A DNA stretch of 64,000 nucleotides from Thermodesulfobacteriota bacterium (GTDB lineage: Bacteria > Desulfobacterota_D > UBA1144 > Nemesobacterales > JAJCZQ01), in assembly GCA_965215275.1 (NCBI GenBank), contig OZ244044.1, positions 224,001 through 288,000 of the forward strand. The letters run 5' to 3'. The stretch's first letter is position 1; the number at the start of each line of letters is the position of its first letter. Both the position numbers and the translations under genes were made by a program. Positions 34,067 through 44,495 of the stretch are shown one piece after another. Below the pieces are notes generated by a model, which saw nothing but the letters and a program-made list of their open reading frames with translations, did no database searches and was not told the origin of the DNA.

Positions 34067-34607
34067 ATGAAAAATCATTTTGTTCTTATTGGGGGGGGGG
34101 GTAATTATATCTTTGATTTTGATTTCAGGGTGTGCCAGACCAGCGGATTATAGAAAAATGGTCCCGGAGAGCGCTAGTTTGTTAAATAATCATGAAGCGA
34201 GCGTTAGGGTTGCAACAGAGGGTGGCAGGGGGACGTCTGCAATATGGGGAAGGTCACAAATAGACAATGAAGGTTTAAAGAAAGCAATTGAAATATCTGT
34301 AGAAAAATACGGTCTTTTCAAAGAAGTAATTAAAATAAATGGTTCTGATTATATACTGTCTGTTCAACTTTTAGCTCTTGACCAACCACTAGCTGGATTC
34401 AACATGCAAGTTAGAATGTCAACACTCTGGACTTTACTTAATAACGAAGAAGAAAAAATTTGGGAAAAGTTCATTGTATCTACTTACAAAGCTTCTTTTG
34501 GAGAATCTATTCTCGGTGTAGAGAGACTGAAAAAAGCAAATGAAGGTGCTGCCAGAGAAGTAATTAAAGAAGGGATAGAGGATATTTCCAAGCTGGATCT
34601 GAGGTAA
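34067..34607 (+). CDS. Lipoprotein frameshifted at a G11 tract (34091-34101); candidate phase-variable gene
   Basis: SD AGGAGG plus ATG 34067 is out of frame with the downstream ORF; G10 restores MKNHFVLIGGGVIISLILISG-C. Confidence 0.7.
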
Positions 34608-34691
34608 ATTCTCTTATACGAAAAATATTTTCTATAATCCTTGCATCTATATGGTTTTCATAGATCATTAAGGTTTTTTAAGCCTATATGG

Positions 34692-35450
34692 TTAAAACAG
34701 ACCTAAAAGCCTGATCGAAATAACGGCCAGTGCAAGGGTGAAGAAATACCTTATGAACCTGTCCCCTTTTCTTACCGAGATCTTGGTCGCCCACCACGCA
34801 CCCGTGGTCGTGCCGGCGGCAAGGGCGATACCAAGGACCCAGTTCATGTTACCCGTAAGGATAAAGACCAGCAGTGCAGGAACGTTAATGCTCATGATCG
34901 CAAAGACCTTGTGCATGTTGGTCCTCACCAGATCAATGCACAGGGTCCTCTGAACAAGGGCGATAATTAAAAGCCCGATACCGACCTGTATGAAACCTCC
35001 GTAAAAACCAAGGATGAAAAATCCGGGGTATACAAGCCATGCAAACCCGTTATCAGAAGCGGCCTGCTGAAGCGTCTGCCTGGAGCGTGGAAGAAGTATC
35101 ATGATCATAACGCCTATAAGAACAAGCCCAAGTGCTTTTTTAAACACCTCGCCGCTGATCTCCGTGGCATATAAAGAACCAAGAATTGCCCCGGGTAGGG
35201 TCAGTAAAGCGTAAATATAGGTGTATTTCGTCTGATTTATATTCTCATGCCTGAAAGAAGCGGAGGCAGAAACGTTCTGAAGCATTATTGCAAGTCTGTT
35301 CGTGCCGTTCGCCATGATCGGGTCCACGCCAAGAAAGATCAGTGCAGGAAGGGTAATGCTCGACCCTCCACCTGCCGTAACGTTTAAAAAGGCGGCAAGA
35401 ACGCCTACAAAGAACAGTATTATGACCCCAAAGGTATCCACGAACTCCAT
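34692..35450 (-). CDS. TauE/SafE family membrane protein
   Basis: TAGGGSSITLPAL, ANGTNR, GFYGGFIQVG; multiple TM helices. Confidence 0.88.
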   Translation of the reverse strand: MEFVDTFGVIILFFVGVLAAFLNVTAGGGSSITLPALIFLGVDPIMANGTNRLAIMLQNVSASASFRHENINQTKYTYIYALLTLPGAILGSLYATEISGEVFKKALGLVLIGVMIMILLPRSRQTLQQAASDNGFAWLVYPGFFILGFYGGFIQVGIGLLIIALVQRTLCIDLVRTNMHKVFAIMSINVPALLVFILTGNMNWVLGIALAAGTTTGAWWATKISVRKGDRFIRYFFTLALAVISIRLLGLF

Positions 35451-35454
35451 TTAT

Positions 35455-36153
35455 CTACGCAACGTGCCTGTGTTCAACGGAATCAGCTCTGCCAATGACC
35501 AGGTCGTTCGTGGTCTTGATGAACAATCCGTGTTCTATGATCCCGGCTCTTTTTTCCAGTTTGATCGAAAGTCCCAACGGGTCGGATATGACCCCGAAGT
35601 CACAGTCAAGTATACAGTTACCCTGATCGGTCCTGAAGACCTCTCCATCGGCACTTTTTCTGAGCTGAACCTTTGCACCCAGGGAATCAAGGTATAAGGC
35701 CTCCATATGATACCCGAAGGGCAGGACTTCCACCGGCAGATGCCATTTCTCGCCCAGTTTATCGGAAAATTTACTCTGGTCAACGACAACGACGTTCCGC
35801 TTGCTGTTCTGTGCCATTATCTTCTCTCTGAGAAGGGCTCCTCCGCCACCTTTGATCAGGTTATGATCGGCATCGACCTCATCGGCACCGTCTATGTTTA
35901 TATCTATTCCATTAACGCCGTTGATATCGGACAGCCTGATCCCGAACCTGGAAGCGAATTTTTCCGTCCTGATCGAACTGGGAATAAAAACAAGACCGGA
36001 CAGCCTTTCTGTATCCAGTCTTTTAGCTATTTCTTCCATAACAAGCTCGGCGGTGTTCCCCGTTCCAAGTCCAACTACCATCCCCGGTTCAATAAGATCA
36101 ACTGTGAACTCAGCAAGTCTGTGCTTGATTTTCAAAAGGTCATTTTCCACCAT
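35455..36153 (-). CDS. rpiA: Ribose-5-phosphate isomerase A
   Basis: GLGTG, DGADEVD, IKGGGGALLREKI, EHGLF. Confidence 0.96.
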   Translation of the reverse strand: MVENDLLKIKHRLAEFTVDLIEPGMVVGLGTGNTAELVMEEIAKRLDTERLSGLVFIPSSIRTEKFASRFGIRLSDINGVNGIDINIDGADEVDADHNLIKGGGGALLREKIMAQNSKRNVVVVDQSKFSDKLGEKWHLPVEVLPFGYHMEALYLDSLGAKVQLRKSADGEVFRTDQGNCILDCDFGVISDPLGLSIKLEKRAGIIEHGLFIKTTNDLVIGRADSVEHRHVA

Positions 36154-36161
36154 GAAGAGTT

Positions 36162-36191
36162 ATTTTACTTGAAGCCTTATCCTGTCGGCAA
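36162..36191 (-). promoter_or_regulatory. Putative sigma70 promoter of rpiA (possibly leaderless)
   Basis: TTGCCG-18 nt-TAAAAT, with the ATG 8 nt downstream and no SD. Confidence 0.45.
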
Positions 36192-36209
36192 TTATATCCG
36201 GTATTAATC

Positions 36210-37925
36210 TTACACCAGCTTTGCGACCTTGTTCAATCCCGTCTCAACGCCGTCAAGCAGTTCTATCCTTGCAACGCTTCGTCCCATGGTCCTCAGTGTA
36301 AAATAATCTCCAAGCGACTGTGACCTGAACAACGTCCCGAAGGTAACCGAAGAACTGTCGGATAAAGGATTATCAGGGATCGGCAGGTCGATACCAGTGC
36401 TTGATACTAGCTGAATAAAAATCCCTTTTCCTCCGTCCCCTTTGTGCATCTGTCCGGTCGAGTGAAGATACCTGGGACCAAATCCAAAAGTTACGGGTAT
36501 TCTGAATTTCATGGACAGACGTTCTGTCAAACTGCCCAAAAGACTTTCGTACTTGAGAGACGGTGAGATAAAAGCCTGAACGCTCAGGTAGCTTCCCTTT
36601 TCACCTGTTTTATGAAAAAGCCATTTTTTAAATCCTTCGATATCACTAAGGTCGGTATTGGAAAAAAATCTCATTCCCTGATATTCGAACAGGGGGTCAT
36701 CATCCAGCATAGTGCCGTTCTTTAGATATTCGTTCAGAAAATCCTTTGCATACCTTTTCGAATGCTCGACGTCAGGCTGGTCAAATGGATTTATCCTGAG
36801 CTTGGCACCACATACCGCCGTTGCGAACTCCCAGCTGAATATCTGCCGGCCGAAATCGTACAGATCGTCTATCTCGATACATACTGCCGGTATGTTCCTG
36901 CTTAAAACGGACGCCAGCTGATTTTGCAGGCCTTCATCGCCACTTTCCTTAAGGAACAGAAAGAACCTGTCCTGTCCATATTCCCTGTCGGCGGAAAACC
37001 CGCTTTCTATAACGGGCAGTACCCCCACCCCGCTCTTGCCAAGGCTTTCGGCTATAAGCTGTTCCACCCAGCAGGCAAAGTGTCTGATGCTTTGCGAAGT
37101 AATGATCGTCATTTTATCTATGTTCTGCTTGGCAAAGTACCCGATCAGCAAACCGAGCCTAAGGGGGATATTTTTATCAGTATCGTTCAGGGTGGTTGAA
37201 ACGGCACAGCTTTTTGCAGAGCTGAGCAGTTTTTTCAGGTTCATCCCTATAAGTGAAGCAGGAACGAGCCCGAAGAAAGAAAGCGCGGAAAAGCGTCCGC
37301 CTACGTCAGGGTCGTTCAGGAATACTTTTCTGAAATCAAGGAGCCTGGCGGTTTTCTGCAGATCTGACCCGGGGTCGGTAATCGCCACGAAATTGCCACC
37401 TACCCTGTCCCTCCCCAGTGCTTTACAAAACCGGCGATAAAAATATTTCATCAAGGACAGGGTCTCGACCGTTGTACCTGATTTTGTTGAAACGACCACC
37501 AGGGTCTTACCTGGTTCTATGGAACTTTCAATGTTACTTATGGCGTCCGGAGAGGTCGTGTCGACCACCGTAAGTGACGGATAACCTTTACTGGAAAAAC
37601 TTTTTTCAAAAAATTCAGACGCCAGACTTGATCCTCCCATACCAATAAGTAATACCTTGGTAAACCCTTCATCAAATACCTTTTCAGCAAATTCCTCAAT
37701 GGGACCAACTGCATCTGTCATGGAACCCGGAAGATCCAGCCATCCGAGCCTGTTCGAGATCTCATCCGGCTTATCCTGCCATAATCCATGGTCCTTTGAC
37801 CATATGTCACAAGGAAGATCTTGTGGAACTGCTCTGGAAAGTTCGTTGTTAAAGGGACCCGTATGGATATTCAGATATTCAGAGTATCCACAGCAGGAAA
37901 AGGAAGCATCAGGTCGAAGGTTCAT
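36210..37925 (-). CDS. pgi: Glucose-6-phosphate isomerase (type seen in Tal-Pgi fusions, stand-alone here)
   Basis: GMGGSS, STKSGTTVET, VGGRFSALS, EQLIAESLGK, NPFDQPDVE, GPRYLHSTGQMHKG. Confidence 0.85.
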   Translation of the reverse strand: MNLRPDASFSCCGYSEYLNIHTGPFNNELSRAVPQDLPCDIWSKDHGLWQDKPDEISNRLGWLDLPGSMTDAVGPIEEFAEKVFDEGFTKVLLIGMGGSSLASEFFEKSFSSKGYPSLTVVDTTSPDAISNIESSIEPGKTLVVVSTKSGTTVETLSLMKYFYRRFCKALGRDRVGGNFVAITDPGSDLQKTARLLDFRKVFLNDPDVGGRFSALSFFGLVPASLIGMNLKKLLSSAKSCAVSTTLNDTDKNIPLRLGLLIGYFAKQNIDKMTIITSQSIRHFACWVEQLIAESLGKSGVGVLPVIESGFSADREYGQDRFFLFLKESGDEGLQNQLASVLSRNIPAVCIEIDDLYDFGRQIFSWEFATAVCGAKLRINPFDQPDVEHSKRYAKDFLNEYLKNGTMLDDDPLFEYQGMRFFSNTDLSDIEGFKKWLFHKTGEKGSYLSVQAFISPSLKYESLLGSLTERLSMKFRIPVTFGFGPRYLHSTGQMHKGDGGKGIFIQLVSSTGIDLPIPDNPLSDSSSVTFGTLFRSQSLGDYFTLRTMGRSVARIELLDGVETGLNKVAKLV

Positions 37926-39936
37926 CAGAGATCACCTCTTTCGCCTCGCGGTAGAGATCGTCAACGGTGAAGCCGAACTCTTTCATCAGGTCACTGCAGG
38001 GAGCGGATTCACCAAACCGGTCAATGCCGAATGCCCTGCCCTGCCCGCTCGAACCAACGTATCTCTCCCAGCCGAACGTAGACGCTGCTTCGATCGACAG
38101 ACGTTTGCTGACGTCAGAAGGCAGCACGGTCTCTTTATACCGTTCTGACTGCCTTTCAAAAATATCCCAGCATGGAAGACTTACCACCCGTGAAGGTATT
38201 CCTTCTTCTTTCAGCCTTTCGTACACTCCGAGGCAGAGGGTTACCTCCGAGCCGGTGGAAATAATTATTATTTCGGGTCTTTCGTCCGAATCCGCTATGA
38301 TATAACCTCCTTTCAAGGCCCCTTCGGCAGAACGGTATCTCTTTCTGTCTATCACGGGCACGTTCTGTCTGGTAAGGACAAAGACCACGGGACGACCTTT
38401 TGTTCTTACGGCATGCTTCCAGAGGACCGAAAGTTCATTTGCATCAGCGGGCCTGATCACGTCTATATTAGGTACAGCCCGCAGAGAGGCCAGGTGTTCA
38501 ACGGGTTGATGCGTCGGACCATCTTCCCCTAAAAATATGCTGTCGTGGGTAAATATATATATGACCTGTAAGTTCATTAACGCGGACAGTCGCAAGGCGG
38601 GCTTCAGGTAATCGGAAAATATAAAGTACGTTGAGGCATAGGGGATAAGTTTGCTGAGGGCCATGCCATTTGCTATTGCTGCCATTGCGTGTTCTCTAAT
38701 GCCGAAATGCAAGTTACGCCCGCCGGGATCGTTCTTTGAATTGCTTGTGAACTCGTCAATTAAAGTGTTCGTGGAAGAACCAACGTCAGAAGCACCTCCC
38801 AGCATCCATTTTATACGTTTTGACACGGCCTTCATGATCCTGTTGTTGGACTTTCTGGTAGCTGTGCCTTTTTCGTCCGGGGGGAAGACCGGTATTTCAT
38901 CGTCCCAGCCTTCGGGAAGTTCTCTTTTTTGAATAAGTTCGAACTCATGAGCAAGCTGCGAATACCTGCTGGAATACTCTTCGAACGACCGGTCCCAGGT
39001 CTGCTGCTGCCTGTGCCCGGCGTCAATGACCTTATCCCGGTACAGCCTGACCTCATCCGTGATCTGGAATACCTCATCAGGGTTTAATCCATAAAACTGT
39101 TTGGTCAGTGCCACCTCCTCTTCCCCCAAAGGCGCTCCATGAGCCTCACACCTGCCCTGCTTGTTCGGACTGCCGTAAGCGATCTGGCTGTCGACCACCA
39201 CAAGGGACGGACGGTCAGTTTCATCCCTTGCCAGTTCTATCGCCCTGTCAAGTTTCTGCAGGTCGTTCGCATCATCAACGCTCTGCGTGTGCCAGTTGTA
39301 AGACTGAAATCTTTTTACCACGTCTTCCGAGAACGCAAGGGACGTTTCTCCCTCAATGGTAACTTCATTGTTGTCGTATATCCAGATGACGTTACCAAGC
39401 CCAAGGTGGCCGGCCAGGGAAGCGGCCTCGGACGTAATACCTTCCATAACGTCCCCATCGCTGAGTATGGAGTAAATACGGTAATTTATGATCTCATAAC
39501 CGGGCCTGTTAAAATAGCTTGCAAGCCATTTTTCGGCAATTCCCATTCCGACCGAGACGGCAGCACCCTGTCCGAGCGGACCAGTCGTTGTCTCGACCCC
39601 CGGTATAAGTCCGAATTCAGGATGACCCGCACATCTGCTGTGAAGCCGTCTGAACTCCTTTATTTCCTCCAGACCCACATCGTAACCGTATATATGCAAA
39701 ATACTGTAAAGCAGCATTGAAGCATGACCGGCGGACAGAACGAAACGGTCCCTGTTCGCCCAGTCAGGATTTGCGGGATTATGGGCGATGAACCTGTCCC
39801 AAAGTTTGAATGCGACAGGGGCAAGGGATACAGGCGTTCCCGGATGCCCCGAGCTTGCCTTCTGAACTGCATCCATTGACAGTGCCCTTATACAGTTAAT
39901 AACCGATCTTTCTAGGTCCGGAGCGTTCATTTTCAA
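37909..39936 (-). CDS. tkt: Transketolase
   Basis: SGHPG, DRFVLSAGH, TGPLGQG, DGDVMEG, THDSIFLGEDGPTHQP. Confidence 0.97.
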   Translation of the reverse strand: MKMNAPDLERSVINCIRALSMDAVQKASSGHPGTPVSLAPVAFKLWDRFIAHNPANPDWANRDRFVLSAGHASMLLYSILHIYGYDVGLEEIKEFRRLHSRCAGHPEFGLIPGVETTTGPLGQGAAVSVGMGIAEKWLASYFNRPGYEIINYRIYSILSDGDVMEGITSEAASLAGHLGLGNVIWIYDNNEVTIEGETSLAFSEDVVKRFQSYNWHTQSVDDANDLQKLDRAIELARDETDRPSLVVVDSQIAYGSPNKQGRCEAHGAPLGEEEVALTKQFYGLNPDEVFQITDEVRLYRDKVIDAGHRQQQTWDRSFEEYSSRYSQLAHEFELIQKRELPEGWDDEIPVFPPDEKGTATRKSNNRIMKAVSKRIKWMLGGASDVGSSTNTLIDEFTSNSKNDPGGRNLHFGIREHAMAAIANGMALSKLIPYASTYFIFSDYLKPALRLSALMNLQVIYIFTHDSIFLGEDGPTHQPVEHLASLRAVPNIDVIRPADANELSVLWKHAVRTKGRPVVFVLTRQNVPVIDRKRYRSAEGALKGGYIIADSDERPEIIIISTGSEVTLCLGVYERLKEEGIPSRVVSLPCWDIFERQSERYKETVLPSDVSKRLSIEAASTFGWERYVGSSGQGRAFGIDRFGESAPCSDLMKEFGFTVDDLYREAKEVISDEPST

Positions 39937-40078
39937 CCTTTGACAGTTACCTGAGAAGAATAAAAGATAGAAATAGTAAATAATCTAACTTGAATAGACA
40001 ACATATACGACGAATTTATTGCAAAAAAGGTCCTTACCCGTCCTTTTATCCAGACAGGTCCGCACCGTGGACTTATCT

Positions 40079-40864
40079 CTAATTGTTCAGTATCTGGCTG
40101 AGGAACAGTTTGGTCCTTTCATGCCGGGGATCAAGGAAAAAGCTTTCAGGGTCGTTTTCTTCGATTATCTCCCCTCCGTCCATAAATATGACGCGGTCGC
40201 TGACCTTTCTGGCAAATCCCATCTCGTGGGTCACGCATATCATCGTTATACCTTCACTGGCAAGCTGTACCATGACCTCCAGCACTTCCTGTATCATTTC
40301 AGGGTCCAGGGCCGAGGTGGGTTCATCGAACAGCATGATCCGGGGATTCATGCAGAGACTTCGTGCGATCGCGACCCTTTGCTGCTGACCGCCGGACAGC
40401 TGTCCCGGATATTTATTTGCCTGTTCGGGTATCTTGACCCTCTCCAGATACTGCATCGCCGTCTTTTTTGCCTTGGCAAGAGGCATTTTACGAACCCAGA
40501 CAGGGGCAAGGGTGCAGTTCTCCAGAACGGTCAGGTGAGGGAACAGGTTGAAATGCTGAAAGACCATTCCCACTTCACGCCGAATGACCTCGATATTCTT
40601 CAGATCGCGGGTCAGCTCTATCCCGTCAACCACTATACTTCCCCTCTGATGCTCCTCAAGACGGTTAATACATCTGATAACGGTCGACTTACCCGAACCG
40701 GACGGTCCGCAGATAACTATCTTCTCACCATGTCTGATCTTAAGATTAATGTTCTTTAACACGTGGAACCGGCCGTACCATTTATGCATTCCCTGAATTA
40801 CGATCGCATGATCCTTCAGGTCCGTACCTGTTTTTTCCTGATCTGAACTTGTCCGTTCTTTCAT
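40079..40864 (-). CDS. aapP: Amino acid ABC transporter ATPase (AapP-like)
   Basis: [40 protein letters not shown]. Confidence 0.85.
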   Translation of the reverse strand: MKERTSSDQEKTGTDLKDHAIVIQGMHKWYGRFHVLKNINLKIRHGEKIVICGPSGSGKSTVIRCINRLEEHQRGSIVVDGIELTRDLKNIEVIRREVGMVFQHFNLFPHLTVLENCTLAPVWVRKMPLAKAKKTAMQYLERVKIPEQANKYPGQLSGGQQQRVAIARSLCMNPRIMLFDEPTSALDPEMIQEVLEVMVQLASEGITMICVTHEMGFARKVSDRVIFMDGGEIIEENDPESFFLDPRHERTKLFLSQILNN

Positions 40865-40878
40865 CGTATATGTTCTCC

Positions 40879-41994
40879 TTATTGTTTGTGGTCGGTCTTC
40901 AGTTTATTTTCCAGATAAAGCGAATACCTGGACATGCCGAAACAGGAAATAAAAAAGAACACGGCCACGAAAAGGTAAACTTCACTGGAAAGTCCCGTCC
41001 ATTTTGGGTCGGCCAGAGACGCCCTTCCGATGCCCAGAGGGTCCAGTAAACCGATAATAATCACCAGTGTTGTATCCTTATACAGTCCGATAAATGTATT
41101 TACTATGCCCGGTATTGATATCTTCAGTGCCTGAGGAAGTATTATCAGACGTACTGCGGACCAGTATTTCAGGCCCAGTGCGTCCGCTGCTTCGAACTGC
41201 CCTTTGGGTATTGCCTGAAGTCCACCTCTGATGACCTCGGCCATATAAGCCGACGCGAACAGCGTGACCATGATCAGCACGCGAAGCAGAAGGTCAAAGG
41301 TCACTCCCGGAGGAAGGAAATAATTAAGCATCGTTGAAGCCACGAACAGAAGGGTTATCAGCGGAACCCCTCTTATAAACTCTATGAACAATACCGAAAA
41401 TATACGGATTATCGGCATATCGGACTGACGACCCAGGGCCAGTAAAATACCAAGCGGAAGAGAAAAGGCGATCCCGGTCACACCGATAATGAGAGTAAGC
41501 ATAAAACCGCTGAACTGATCGGTCTCAACTGCGTTCAGTCCAAATCCTCCGCACAGAAGCCATGCTGCAACCAGTGGAAAAGCAGCTGCAAAGTAAAGGA
41601 AGTACTTACGGTAAGGCACTCTGTCGAACAGAATGGGAACAAGAACGACTATAAGCAGTATGAAAGACAGATCGACCCTCCAGCGCTCTGCAGCGGGATA
41701 AAAGCCGTATATAAAAAGGTTAAGCCGCTCACTTATGAACGCCCAGCAGGCCCCACCTGCCTTGGAACGACATTCGTCCCGGCTCTCCCCCGTGTACGCG
41801 GCATCAAGGAACAGCCAGTCTATAAGTGAAGGAACGACCTCTATCAGCAGCCAGATAGACAGTACCGTGATAACTATATTGGTGACGGAGGACAGCAGGT
41901 TTTTCCTTATCCAGCCGTAAACGCCCGTTGTACTTGCCGGAGGAGGAAGATCGGGATACTCTCCGATCTTATAACTATTCTGATCCGCTGCCAT
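40879..41994 (-). CDS. aapM: Amino acid ABC transporter permease (AapM-like)
   Basis: GACWAF, RGVPLI, EAA loop [10 protein letters not shown]. Confidence 0.85.
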   Translation of the reverse strand: MAADQNSYKIGEYPDLPPPASTTGVYGWIRKNLLSSVTNIVITVLSIWLLIEVVPSLIDWLFLDAAYTGESRDECRSKAGGACWAFISERLNLFIYGFYPAAERWRVDLSFILLIVVLVPILFDRVPYRKYFLYFAAAFPLVAAWLLCGGFGLNAVETDQFSGFMLTLIIGVTGIAFSLPLGILLALGRQSDMPIIRIFSVLFIEFIRGVPLITLLFVASTMLNYFLPPGVTFDLLLRVLIMVTLFASAYMAEVIRGGLQAIPKGQFEAADALGLKYWSAVRLIILPQALKISIPGIVNTFIGLYKDTTLVIIIGLLDPLGIGRASLADPKWTGLSSEVYLFVAVFFFISCFGMSRYSLYLENKLKTDHKQ

Positions 41995-41997
41995 ATT

Positions 41998-43176
41998 TTA
42001 ACGTTCCACCAGTTTGATCCGTTTATTGTACAAGTTCATAGTTCCTGATATTAAAAGGGATAATACAAGGTACAGAAGCAGTACGATGATCATGGACTCC
42101 ATCTCCCTGCCCGTCTGGTTCAGTGATATCCCGCCTATGGTAGCGACTATGTCCATATAGCCGATCGCGATGGCAAGGGACGAGTTCTTTGTAATATTGA
42201 GGTACTGACTGGTCAAGGGGGGCACTATCACTCTGAGCGCCTGGGGAATAATGACCAGGCTGAGGGTGTTGCTCCTGCTTATTCCAAGCGATAAGGATGC
42301 CTCCGTCTGCCCGTAGTCAACGGCTACTATACCGGACCTGACTATCTCCCCTATAAACGCGGCCGTGTACAGAGAAAGTGAAAGCCAGAGCGCGATGAAC
42401 TCAGGCCTGAGCACCATACCTCCCTCAAAGTTGAACCTCTGGAACTCAGGTATATCCCACGTGATCGGACTTCCCAGCAGAAAATAAGACAGTAGCGGAA
42501 GACCCAGTATTGCTCCCAGGCATATCCAGAATACCGGATACTGCTTCCCGGTTCCATCCTGGACCTTCTGTGCATATCTGCGGAACCATATCGTAAATAC
42601 GACCCCCGCTGCACACAGAGCTAAAACCACCAGGAACAAGGGTTCGAACAACGGTTTGGGAGTGAACAGACCTCGATTGGTCAGAAACGCCAGATCACCA
42701 AGGCTATCGGCCTGTCTCGGCACGGGTAAAGTATGTACGATGATCCCGTACACCAGAAGTATATGGAGCAGCACGGGAACGTTCCTGACGTACTCGATGT
42801 ATACCTGTGCCAGTCTGCTGGCAAGCCAGTTCTTGGATAAACGCAGCACGCCCAGAGTGAATCCCAGGATGGTCGACGCGACAATACCGCTCACTGCCAC
42901 CAGCAAGGTATTGAGAATTCCCACCAGCATGGCACGGAAGTGAGTGGAGCGGGAGTTGTACTCTATTAGATGCTGATTAATATCGTAACTTGAAGATTGC
43001 CATAAATAATCAAAGCTGAACCCTTTACCTATGGCCTCAAGGTTTATGACGGCGTTTCGGATCAGATAGACGGAGAAACCGAAGATCAGAGATATCGTGA
43101 TTATCTGAATGATGACGGAATGGGACTTTTCATCCCTCCACAGTCTGGAAAATATATTCCGGTTAGGTGTGCTCAT
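41998..43176 (-). CDS. aapQ: Amino acid ABC transporter permease (AapQ-like)
   Basis: GILNTLLV, RNVPVLL, GQTEASLSLG, KNSSLAIAIGY. Confidence 0.85.
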   Translation of the reverse strand: MSTPNRNIFSRLWRDEKSHSVIIQIITISLIFGFSVYLIRNAVINLEAIGKGFSFDYLWQSSSYDINQHLIEYNSRSTHFRAMLVGILNTLLVAVSGIVASTILGFTLGVLRLSKNWLASRLAQVYIEYVRNVPVLLHILLVYGIIVHTLPVPRQADSLGDLAFLTNRGLFTPKPLFEPLFLVVLALCAAGVVFTIWFRRYAQKVQDGTGKQYPVFWICLGAILGLPLLSYFLLGSPITWDIPEFQRFNFEGGMVLRPEFIALWLSLSLYTAAFIGEIVRSGIVAVDYGQTEASLSLGISRSNTLSLVIIPQALRVIVPPLTSQYLNITKNSSLAIAIGYMDIVATIGGISLNQTGREMESMIIVLLLYLVLSLLISGTMNLYNKRIKLVER

Positions 43177-43236
43177 TGTACTGAAGACTCGATCTTATTT
43201 TCCAAAATGTGCCTTGTTTATCTCTTCTGTAACCGG

Positions 43237-44256
43237 TCAGCGGATGGGAGCTGCGTATAAAATACCACCTTTTTTCCAGGAAGCGTTCAATCCCCGTTCC
43301 AGTTTAATGGGTGATTTAGACCCGAGGTTCCTTTCGAATATCTCACTGTAGTTGCCAACCGCGGAGATCGCCCTTACCGCCCATTTTTTATCAAGGTCGA
43401 GCATTTTACCTGCATTTCCCTCAGTACCGAGAAGACGGTTAACAGCTGGGTTGTTTCCCGGTCTGGACGCGAGTTCTTTAACGTTCTTTGAGGTTATACC
43501 CAGTTCTTCAGCAATGATCAGTGAATTGACGATCCATTTCCCGACGTCCATCCACTGGTCGTCGCCGTGACGAACGGCACCTGCAAGCGGCTCTTTTGAA
43601 ATGATCTCAGGCAGTATTACATGGGCCGACGGATCTTTCAGAGCTGAACGGGTAGAGGCCAGAGTGGATTTGTCCGTGGTGTAAACGTCGCACCTTTGAG
43701 CTGAGTAACTCGCAATGCTTTCTTCGTTCGTTTCAGTATTAACAGGATAATATTTCATATTGTGGGTGCGGAAGTAATCTGCGATATTAAGTTCAGTTGT
43801 GGTACCGGTCTGGACACAGATGGAGGCCCCGTCAAGTTCTCTTGCGGACTTTACTCCAAGGTCCTTACGCAGCAGAAAACCTTGACCATCATAGTAAGTT
43901 ACGGGCAGGAAGTTTAATTTCAGGTCGACGTCCCGGGTCAATGTCTCGGTGGTATTACGGAACAGAATATCTCCCTGTCCCGAATTGAGAAGGGTAAAAC
44001 GTGTTTTGCTCGTGGAAGGAATGAACTTTACCTTTGTGGCATCACCCAATATAGCGGCGGCGGCGGCACGGCAAAAATCAATGTCAAAGCCTTTCCATTT
44101 ACCCTGTTTATCAGGTGCGGCAAATCCAGCCAGTCCGGTCGCAACTACGCAGTTCAACTTACCCCTGTTCTTGACGTCATCAAGAACGCCAGAATAAGTT
44201 TCAGATGTGAACATGGAAAGTACTAAAATTATAGTAAAACAGCTGGTCATCCTCAT
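43237..44256 (-). CDS. aapJ: Amino acid ABC transporter substrate-binding protein (AapJ-like)
   Basis: GFDIDFCRA, YYDGQGF, GTTTELN, ISKEPL, VGNYSEIFERN. Confidence 0.87.
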   Translation of the reverse strand: MRMTSCFTIILVLSMFTSETYSGVLDDVKNRGKLNCVVATGLAGFAAPDKQGKWKGFDIDFCRAAAAAILGDATKVKFIPSTSKTRFTLLNSGQGDILFRNTTETLTRDVDLKLNFLPVTYYDGQGFLLRKDLGVKSARELDGASICVQTGTTTELNIADYFRTHNMKYYPVNTETNEESIASYSAQRCDVYTTDKSTLASTRSALKDPSAHVILPEIISKEPLAGAVRHGDDQWMDVGKWIVNSLIIAEELGITSKNVKELASRPGNNPAVNRLLGTEGNAGKMLDLDKKWAVRAISAVGNYSEIFERNLGSKSPIKLERGLNASWKKGGILYAAPIR

Positions 44257-44495
44257 ATTAACAGGTCTCCCTTAACAGGTTGTACTACATATCATATTAT
44301 TTATTTCCGATCAGCATGTCAACAACGTAGCCACAAACATCTTTATATCGGATCATAATGATATGGACTTTGTAAAAATAAGGGAACTCCATACAGACAG
44401 TTATGCTAAATGAATAAATCGGGTGAAGGATCTCGTAGTGAGATTCCTGTGGTATTAAGAATATCGAAGGTCAGAAGAAAACAAGTACCCCATTG

